From assembly GCA_041242255.1 (NCBI GenBank), contig JBESAV010000001.1:608001-672000 (forward strand): a DNA stretch of 64,000 bases. Reading direction: 5' to 3'. The notes under the pieces are model-generated. The model ran no database searches and was not told the DNA's origin. It saw nothing but the letters and a program-made list of their open reading frames with translations. Positions 57,073 through 64,000 of this stretch are shown one piece after another (position 1 is the first letter of the stretch; the number at the start of each line of letters is the position of its first letter). Source of the stretch: Candidatus Altimarinota bacterium (GTDB lineage: Bacteria; Patescibacteriota; Gracilibacteria; UBA1369; GCA-2718715). A program made the translations under genes and the position numbers.

Positions 57073-57996
57073 ATGGCTAAAAAAACAGCAGCAATTTCCA
57101 TCAAAAACCTAGATAAAACTTATCTCACTGGAACCAAAGCCCTCCAAAACGTATCACTCGATATAAAGCAAGGAGACTTTTTTGGTTTACTAGGATCAAA
57201 CGGAGCAGGAAAAACAACTATGATCGGATGTATCACAAGTCTAGTCCAAAAAACTGGAGGAAAGATTCAGGTCCACGGAATAGATATAGATAAAGATTTT
57301 GGTAAAGCTAAAAGCTTCATAGGTGTCGTTCCTCAAGAATTCAATTTTCATATTTTTGAAACTGTCTTAAACATTGTTTGTTATCAAGCAGGGTTTTATG
57401 GTATCGAAAGAGATGAAGCAGAGAAAAGAGCTGAACCTATTCTAAAGCGCCTAAATCTTTGGCAAAAAAAAGATGAGCAAGCCCGTAATTTATCAGGAGG
57501 GATGAAAAGACGCCTTATGATTGCAAGAGCCCTGATTCATAAACCAAAGCTACTTATACTAGATGAACCCACAGCAGGGGTCGATGTAGAACTTAGGGTT
57601 GATATGTGGGAATATTTAAAAAAACTCAATAAAGAAGGTCTAACTATCCTACTCACAACTCATTACCTAGAGGAAGCCGAGCAACTAACTAATCAAATCG
57701 CAATCCTCCAAAACGGTAAGCTTATAGAGAATAAGCCAACTAAGGAACTACTCACTACCCTCAACGAAGAAACTTATGTTATAAATTTCTCCAAGAAGCC
57801 ATCCAAAAAGCTAATCCAGAAACTCAATCTTACTCAAGTTGATGATGAAACAACTTTCGAGGTAACTCTAAAACAGAAAGATACAATCTCTAGCTTTATA
57901 TCAAAAATACCATCGTCAGATGCCGAAGTTCTAGACATTCGACCTAAAGGAAATCGCCTAGAACAACTTTACTTACAATTAACTTCTAAAAAATAA
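57073..57996 (+). CDS. ABC transporter ATP-binding protein (YadG-like)
   Basis: GSNGAGKTT, GVVPQEFNF, LSGGMKRR, LDEPTAGVD. Confidence 0.93.
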   Translation: MAKKTAAISIKNLDKTYLTGTKALQNVSLDIKQGDFFGLLGSNGAGKTTMIGCITSLVQKTGGKIQVHGIDIDKDFGKAKSFIGVVPQEFNFHIFETVLNIVCYQAGFYGIERDEAEKRAEPILKRLNLWQKKDEQARNLSGGMKRRLMIARALIHKPKLLILDEPTAGVDVELRVDMWEYLKKLNKEGLTILLTTHYLEEAEQLTNQIAILQNGKLIENKPTKELLTTLNEETYVINFSKKPSKKLIQKLNLTQVDDETTFEVTLKQKDTISSFISKIPSSDAEVLDIRPKGNRLEQLYLQLTSKK

Positions 57997-58766
57997 TGCT
58001 ATCTCAACAACTGATTTCTTACAAAACAATTGTCACGAAAGAAATAAAAAGATACATCCGCATTTGGACTCAAACTCTACTTCCTCCAGTTATCAACCAA
58101 ACACTGTATTTCTTGATCTTTGGTTCATTCATCGGAAGCCAAATAGGGGACTTAGACGGATTCACCTACATGGAGTTCATAGTTCCTGGTCTGATAATGA
58201 TGTCTATCATAAATTCAAGTTTCCAAAACGTCGTAGGATCATTCTACATAGCTAAATTTCAAAACAGTATTGAAGAATTACTCGTTTCTCCAACTAGCAA
58301 CCTTACCATAATTGCCGGATACATAACAGGTGGTGTCACTAGAGGATTGTTGGTAGGATTCCTAGTTTTCCTTGTCTCATTATTCTTCACAGATATAAGT
58401 GTCTACAGTCCAATCACAGTCATAATATTCTCAACACTTACAAGTTGCCTTTTCTCAATGCTAGCCTTAATCAACGCAATTTTCGCAAAAAACTTCGACC
58501 ATACTAGTATAGTAACTACTTTTGTGCTTACACCTCTCACCTATCTTGGTGGAGTATTTTACTCAATCGACAGATTACCTCAAATCTGGCAAACCATTTC
58601 CCAATTCAACCCGATTGTATATATGATTGATGGAATTAGATTTGGATTCCTAGGAATAAACACATATTCAGTCTATTTAAGCATCTCAATAATCACACTG
58701 CTTTTAGTATTCACAACAGTATTAGCCTATTACTTTATCAAAAAGAGTCACGGCCTAAGAAGTTAA
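57996..58766 (+). CDS. ABC-2 permease (YadH-like)
   Basis: RIW.QTL.PP, FIVPGLIMM, LTPLTYLGGVFYS. Confidence 0.93.
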   Translation: MLSQQLISYKTIVTKEIKRYIRIWTQTLLPPVINQTLYFLIFGSFIGSQIGDLDGFTYMEFIVPGLIMMSIINSSFQNVVGSFYIAKFQNSIEELLVSPTSNLTIIAGYITGGVTRGLLVGFLVFLVSLFFTDISVYSPITVIIFSTLTSCLFSMLALINAIFAKNFDHTSIVTTFVLTPLTYLGGVFYSIDRLPQIWQTISQFNPIVYMIDGIRFGFLGINTYSVYLSISIITLLLVFTTVLAYYFIKKSHGLRS

Positions 58767-60142
58767 TCCAGCTCAGAAGCATCCAAATAAGGCATGGGGT
58801 CAACATTGACTCCATCTTTTATGACTTCAAAGTGCAAGTGAGCCCCTGTAGTCAGGTAACCCGCTCCACGAGTGCCAGGAGCACCACCAGATAAACCTAT
58901 TATGTCTCCTCTGGCTACAGTATCACCCTCTTCTAGGAAGATATCATACATGTGACCATACAGAGTCATTAGTCCATCAGAATGACCAATCAATATATAA
59001 TGATAGTCGTTTCCTTCGCCACCTTTTACCTTGAATACAACTCCAGGTGCAGCAGCCTGTACAGACGTACCAGAGTTCGTAGGTATATCAATTGCATAAT
59101 GATCAATACCCAAGGCAGCCCTGTATCCAGAATCTTTAAAAGTAGCAGATAAACCTAAAGTCGGAAGAACCGGCCAACTCAAAAAAGTTGCATCATCTTC
59201 TAGCTCTTCAGCTCCAGTAAGTTCTTCTATTAAACCTCTGTACTCCTTATACTTAGATATTTGGGAAACTATCTCCTGCCTTAGTACAGCTTGCTCAGTC
59301 TTAGCTTTCTGTATCAAGTTCTCATAAATAGCTTGTTCACCCCTTGTAGCTTCCAAAAGATTATCTTTAGCAATACGTTGAATCTGCAATTCAGACTTTT
59401 GCACCTTAAGGCTTTCAGCTAAAGCTAGTTTCTCTTCTTTTAGGTTAGTGAATTTATCATATAGTTCGTTTAGCTCCTCTTTATCAGATTCAAGCCTCTC
59501 CAGAGTTAGTTGCATATAGTTCTCAATTGTTGAAATGCTTTCCACATCTTCCAAAATCTTATCTGCATCATCCTCAGCTAGCAAAAGCTTTATAGTCTGA
59601 AGTTCATCATTATCAAAAAAACCAGCTTCATTAGTTTCAAAATAAAGCATCTCCATCATAAACAACAATTGTTGCACATTATAAGATATCTCTACATCAA
59701 GTTCAGCGATAGTCTCACGAGTCACATCTAATGTATCATTTATACTATCTATCCTATCGTTAGTTTCTTCAATATCGTCTGTTAGTATATCAATCTTATC
59801 ATCCAAACCATCTATGACCTCTTCAAGCTCTAGTATGTCTTCGTTTATATCTTTCAGCCTAGTCTCAAGGTATGAAGTTTGGTTAATTGACTTACGCAAG
59901 TCATCTTGAGCAGAGTTAACTTCCTCTTTAGCCTCAAGGAATTTTTCATTTAAAAGCTTTAATTCCTCCTCATCTTCTTCTGTTTCAAGAGTATCCTCCT
60001 CGTCACTATCACTACTTTCTTCAACTTGATTAGGCTCTTTATTCTCAGGATTTTCAGTTTCAGTTACTACATTATTTGCAAGAACTGAGCTTACTGGTAG
60101 ACCAAGAGCCAGCAATAGTATTAGTAATTTTCTTATTTTCAT
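58763..60142 (-). CDS. Secreted coiled-coil M23 peptidase
   Basis: Signal peptide, long coiled coil, HYAID, YGH, HLHFEV. Confidence 0.93.
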   Translation of the reverse strand: MKIRKLLILLLALGLPVSSVLANNVVTETENPENKEPNQVEESSDSDEEDTLETEEDEEELKLLNEKFLEAKEEVNSAQDDLRKSINQTSYLETRLKDINEDILELEEVIDGLDDKIDILTDDIEETNDRIDSINDTLDVTRETIAELDVEISYNVQQLLFMMEMLYFETNEAGFFDNDELQTIKLLLAEDDADKILEDVESISTIENYMQLTLERLESDKEELNELYDKFTNLKEEKLALAESLKVQKSELQIQRIAKDNLLEATRGEQAIYENLIQKAKTEQAVLRQEIVSQISKYKEYRGLIEELTGAEELEDDATFLSWPVLPTLGLSATFKDSGYRAALGIDHYAIDIPTNSGTSVQAAAPGVVFKVKGGEGNDYHYILIGHSDGLMTLYGHMYDIFLEEGDTVARGDIIGLSGGAPGTRGAGYLTTGAHLHFEVIKDGVNVDPMPYLDASELD

Positions 60143-60234
60143 TTCAATTTTTAGACGGCCTCATTATAAAGAAAAACTTGCCAAAGCCAACATATTCGAA
60201 TATATTCACAATGTTCAGTTTAACTATCTAAACA

Positions 60235-60507
60235 ATGGCTAAAAAGAAAGCGGGTGGAACCGCCAAGAACCTCCGGGACTCCCAGTCGAAGCGGCTTGGT
60301 GTCAAACTATTCGGAGGCCAAACATGTTCATCAGGAAACATTATAGTTAGACAAAGAGGTACTAAGTTCAGACCTGGTAAAAACGTTGGGATGGGTAAAG
60401 ACCACACTTTGTTTGCAACTTCTGATGGAAAAATCAATTTTTACAGAAAAAAAGTAACTAAATTTAACGGAAGAAAATACGAAAAAGTATTCGTTGAAGT
60501 AATCTAA
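60235..60507 (+). CDS. rpmA: 50S ribosomal protein bL27
   Basis: [22 protein letters not shown]. Confidence 0.98.
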   Translation: MAKKKAGGTAKNLRDSQSKRLGVKLFGGQTCSSGNIIVRQRGTKFRPGKNVGMGKDHTLFATSDGKINFYRKKVTKFNGRKYEKVFVEVI

Positions 60508-60515
60508 ACAACTAG

Positions 60516-61127
60516 ATGAACAATTTAGAGAATTTTCATGTTAATGAAGGCGCCGATAATATAGATTCCGGTGCCTTTGAACGTTTAAGGGAAAAAATGG
60601 CTCAAGCAAGAGCTCAGATTAAACGTGATAAAAAACAAGAAGCATCTCAAGTTAAAAAGGATGATATCTTATTTAATGTTCTCATTGAATTCATTAAACA
60701 CTTTCCATCTGATCATCCACTAGTTAAAGGTATCGTCTCTTGTCTTTCTTCAAATGTACCAAGTTTAGTGATCCTTAGCGTAATATCGCTAAACTATAGC
60801 TCTATTGCAAAAGCAATACCTGTTCCTGAAGATGCCAAAGAGATTCAGATAGCTCAAATACCCGATATCAATAAACTTGTTAATTGGTTAAAAAAAGTAA
60901 ATTACTCTCTTTCTGATATAAAAGCCTCAGATATACCAAAAGTTTATCCAAAAGGGGAGTTAAGCCCAAGTTTACGAGGTTTAATTGTTCATACACTATC
61001 AGAGTTCTTCAAAACCATACCTGAGGAGGAGTTGTCAGTAGAGAAAGTAGAGGGTTATACCCAATCAATTCTTACCCAAATCCACAAACCTGATCTAACT
61101 CAGAAGACAGATGAGCTTACTGACTGA
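60516..61127 (+). CDS. Hypothetical protein
   Basis: 203-aa ORF in operon between rpmA and bolA. Confidence 0.75.
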   Translation: MNNLENFHVNEGADNIDSGAFERLREKMAQARAQIKRDKKQEASQVKKDDILFNVLIEFIKHFPSDHPLVKGIVSCLSSNVPSLVILSVISLNYSSIAKAIPVPEDAKEIQIAQIPDINKLVNWLKKVNYSLSDIKASDIPKVYPKGELSPSLRGLIVHTLSEFFKTIPEEELSVEKVEGYTQSILTQIHKPDLTQKTDELTD

Positions 61128-61341
61128 TATTCACAACACACTAGAACAAGATCTATCTCCTAACCATCTACAGGTAATAGATGAAAGAGGGGATGGCCAG
61201 CACATAAAGGTAGAAATTTGCACGGATCTTTTTAACGGTTTGCCTTTAATAAAAAAACATAAATTAGTCTATAAATCTTTAGATAAATTTTTAAAGAATG
61301 ACCTGATTCATGCCGTAAAAATAAACATTACCAATGAATAA
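61111..61341 (+). CDS. BolA family protein
   Basis: GDG.H, F.G...IKKH.LVY, IHA. Confidence 0.9.
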   Translation: MSLLTDIHNTLEQDLSPNHLQVIDERGDGQHIKVEICTDLFNGLPLIKKHKLVYKSLDKFLKNDLIHAVKINITNE

Positions 61342-61639
61342 AGAAAAAATAGAAAGTTTATTATCAGATAACAAGATAATACTCTTTATGAAGGGCGACA
61401 AATTTATGCCAAAGTGTGGTTTTTCAATGAATGCATTAGAAATAATCAAAAAATTAACTGACGACTTCATCACTTATGACATTCTAGAAGACGAAGAATT
61501 AAGGTCAGATCTAAAAATCTATTCAGAGTGGCCAACCTACCCCCAGCTTTACATCAATCAAGAGCTAATAGGTGGGTCTGACATAATAAAAGACTTATAC
61601 TTAAGCGGAGACCTTGAGAAGTTAATTCAAGAAGCATGA
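61334..61639 (+). CDS. grxD: Monothiol glutaredoxin (Grx4)
   Basis: LFMKG, CGFS, WPTYPQL, GGSD. Confidence 0.95.
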   Translation: MNKEKIESLLSDNKIILFMKGDKFMPKCGFSMNALEIIKKLTDDFITYDILEDEELRSDLKIYSEWPTYPQLYINQELIGGSDIIKDLYLSGDLEKLIQEA

Positions 61640-62262
61640 AGCCAATAACAAAAATCACCAAGCACTGGCCAGTCCAAAAAATTCTCGATGAAGTTCCAGG
61701 CAGCGTTGATTGCATGATTGAAGCAGGTTTAGACTGCTTTGCTTGCAACTCTGATAAATCTGAGACTCTAGAGGAAGGTATGAAATCCCATGGCTTGAGT
61801 GATGAAGATGTACTTAAAATGGTTGATGAAATAAATAAGTCTTGGCAAAGTCATAGAATGAAACAGCTCAAAAAACCTAAAGATTCTGACTTTACAATTA
61901 TAGAGGTTACTGAGGGCAATAAAGTTTATTATAAGATTGGAGGCTTAATGCTTACTCAAAAAGCACATCAGGCTATTCTTCAACTAAAACCCGAAGGTAA
62001 AAACTATATAAAAATTCTACTAGAAGCTGGAGGTTGCTCAGGTTACTCTTATGAATATAGTTACACTGATTCTAGCGACTTAGAGGATGGATTTGTATTC
62101 AGATTAGATGATTCCATCAGCTTGTTAACGAATTTATTTACGTTTAACAAACTTTTAGGCTCTGTAATTGATTTTGAGTCAGGACTACAAGGTAGCGGAT
62201 TAGTCTTTCACAACCCAAACTCAAAACAAAACTGCCATTGCGGAGTATCTGTAAATTTCTAA
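61636..62262 (+). CDS. DUF1858-like domain fused to A-type Fe-S carrier (IscA/HesB)
   Basis: GLDCFAC...ETLEEG..HG N-domain; GGCSG and NP....CHCG.S C-domain. Confidence 0.88.
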   Translation: MKPITKITKHWPVQKILDEVPGSVDCMIEAGLDCFACNSDKSETLEEGMKSHGLSDEDVLKMVDEINKSWQSHRMKQLKKPKDSDFTIIEVTEGNKVYYKIGGLMLTQKAHQAILQLKPEGKNYIKILLEAGGCSGYSYEYSYTDSSDLEDGFVFRLDDSISLLTNLFTFNKLLGSVIDFESGLQGSGLVFHNPNSKQNCHCGVSVNF

Positions 62263-62483
62263 GAACCTTCTATCTCTTGAAGTTTCTTTTCTGCAACCTC
62301 GATAAACCTTTTCAAATGAGAAGGTGTAAAAGTAATACCATCTAAAATCTCCCCTCCAGACTTAGGGAATACAGTAATAGACTCTTTGTTAGTTACAAAA
62401 AGTACAGAGTGCGCAAAGTGAGCTCTTCTATTAGGAAAAAGGTCCTCTTGAAGATTCTTAGGGTCAAAATTTTTATTATTCAT
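62259..62483 (-). CDS. Small hypothetical protein (DUF3467-like)
   Basis: ATG at 62483 downstream of tRNA-His; FAH.V, I..TP.HLKRF pattern. Confidence 0.55.
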   Translation of the reverse strand: MNNKNFDPKNLQEDLFPNRRAHFAHSVLFVTNKESITVFPKSGGEILDGITFTPSHLKRFIEVAEKKLQEIEGS

Positions 62484-62497
62484 GATTTTTTTTAAAG

Positions 62498-62575
62498 TGG
62501 GGTGACTGATGGGATTCGAACCCACGGCCCTCGGAACCACAACCCGATGCTCTAACCAACTGAGCTACAGCCACC
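62498..62575 (-). tRNA. tRNA-His(GTG)
   Basis: Cloverleaf, anticodon GTG, G-1:C73, CCA end. Confidence 0.96.
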
Positions 62576-62624
62576 ATATTTACTATGACAATGTAATAAA
62601 TCCTAGCAAAATTGCAAGTAATTA

Positions 62625-62729
62625 AAAACCTCGCCGTACAAAGTCACTAACTTGAGTGCGCATTGGGACGAGGCAAAAGAAGTGGGAACAGGATAATAAA
62701 AGCGAAAAGCTGTTACGTCCTATCTCACG
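62625..62729 (-). ncRNA. Candidate two-hairpin sRNA
   Basis: TTGTAA-16-TAAAAT upstream on minus strand; two long GC-enriched hairpins; T-tract after the second. Confidence 0.4.
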
Positions 62730-62773
62730 AATATTATTTTATATTTTCTGTAACTTTTTACAAGTATAATCAA

Positions 62774-63460
62774 CTACCTATGAAGTACAGTTAAGTCAAA
62801 AGGAGGATTCTCAATATCCCCAAATTTAGACAAAACCTGATCTTTATAGGGTCTTTCAAGTTCAAATTCATATCCATCAAAAACTTTATCCCTTAAAAAG
62901 ATGTATTTACTCTCAACGCTCTTGTTGTTTAGTATGATTTGTCTAAACTCTGGTCCATACTTTACATACATTAAGAATGTTTCAGCAAAGTCTTCCTCAT
63001 CCTTCTGAGAACCATATCCAGACAATTCGCCACCATTAATCTTGTAGTATTCTTCCATTGCTCCTTCCTCAACATAGTTAAATGAAACTATATGACCAAG
63101 CTCATGGATCAAGACATTCTCCATTACATCTAGATTTTTCATACATCTCAACCAAATTTTTTCATGAGAAGCTAGGCCTCGCCTTAAATCTAAACGATGA
63201 TGAATAGTAACTTTATCTAGACCAGTCGTATAAGGGTCAAACCTATCAAGAACTGCTTGAGAAACACGCCGACAATTTTCAGTGTCTTCCTCCTTAAGAT
63301 CTTGGTCTAAAACAGCATCTTCTGCAGAATACATCAATAAATCATCATGCTGCATCATTGAGGCTCTGCTTCTAGTTTCTCTAATCAAACCCAATAGACA
63401 GTAGGTAACAATAAATCCAAGAAAAATTATCATCATAAAATCAACCCAACCTCTTCTCAT
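62774..63460 (-). CDS. Membrane-anchored zincin metallopeptidase-like protein
   Basis: N-terminal TM; IHELGH; S.YG....EDFAETF. Confidence 0.8.
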   Translation of the reverse strand: MRRGWVDFMMIIFLGFIVTYCLLGLIRETRSRASMMQHDDLLMYSAEDAVLDQDLKEEDTENCRRVSQAVLDRFDPYTTGLDKVTIHHRLDLRRGLASHEKIWLRCMKNLDVMENVLIHELGHIVSFNYVEEGAMEEYYKINGGELSGYGSQKDEEDFAETFLMYVKYGPEFRQIILNNKSVESKYIFLRDKVFDGYEFELERPYKDQVLSKFGDIENPPFDLTVLHR

Positions 63461-63507
63461 ATAATCTATTTATAAGAGAGGTAATTTATACTTAATTTAA
63501 GCTTTTG

Positions 63508-63999
63508 TCAAAGCTTAGAGTCAAACCTTATATCCTTTGAGTAAAACACATACTTACTAAGATCGACATTTCTTTTAGCCTTCAAGACAACATTATTTGG
63601 AAGCTCAACCATCTCTGGTTTCTTCTCATCACGCTTTTCACCTAAAGTCTGAACTTTAATCTTCTCACTTTGCAAATCTAATGATTTCCCAGTTTGCTTA
63701 TCAATTACTTCAAAGTCAGAGAAAAGCTCTTCTCTTCTTGGAACAGCTACCGAATTTGTATAAGGAGTATGCGAACTACTAACAGTATCAAACAAAGAAT
63801 CAAGCTGTATAGTTCTACCCTTCTCCAGATCTATTCTTTTACTAAAGCTTAATTTCTTCTTCAAAACAGATTTCTTAGCTTCTCGACTTGATTTTACATA
63901 CCTTTCAAATTCTCGATCACTACTAATAATATCTGAATTTTTGATATACCTAGTCGGGTAAAGCCCTTCCAACTCTTCTATTTGGTCTAATCTCGACTC
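63508..63999 (-). CDS. Hypothetical protein, C-terminal part (5' end outside window)
   Basis: Frame has no stop up to the window end. Confidence 0.6.
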   Translation of the reverse strand, partial: ESRLDQIEELEGLYPTRYIKNSDIISSDREFERYVKSSREAKKSVLKKKLSFSKRIDLEKGRTIQLDSLFDTVSSSHTPYTNSVAVPRREELFSDFEVIDKQTGKSLDLQSEKIKVQTLGEKRDEKKPEMVELPNNVVLKAKRNVDLSKYVFYSKDIRFDSKL

Positions 64000-64000
64000 A

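Overview
AT-rich chromosomal window from a small-genome bacterium, most likely Patescibacteria/CPR (Peregrinibacteria-like). This assignment is inferred from 16S signature changes, PrgI/TraC-like genes, SLH and lamin-tail surface proteins and many orphans. The genetic code appears to be standard code 11. Housekeeping genes include gyrB, rpsU, prmC-prfA, tatD, radA, lgt, msrAB, clpP, lepA, polX, groES-groEL, tdk, rpmA and bolA-grxD-iscA, plus seven tRNAs. Main highlights: (1) the rRNA operon is split, with 16S and 23S-5S each behind a near-identical duplicated promoter/leader, separated by protein genes and inverted tRNA-Ala/Ile; (2) an RNase Y that has lost nearly all HD metal ligands; (3) an unannotated 53-aa UVR-motif microprotein behind clpP with its own promoter inside a perfect CIRCE; (4) an ABC-F gene with leader peptide/attenuator bracketed by exact 75-bp direct repeats; (5) a 767-aa orphan with divergent RelA/SpoT synthetase motifs; (6) a decayed island at tRNA-Trp carrying a structured leader RNA and an SLH-anchored nuclease; (7) an ~80-nt 23S expansion segment. 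All calls come from reading motifs by eye; no database searches were run.
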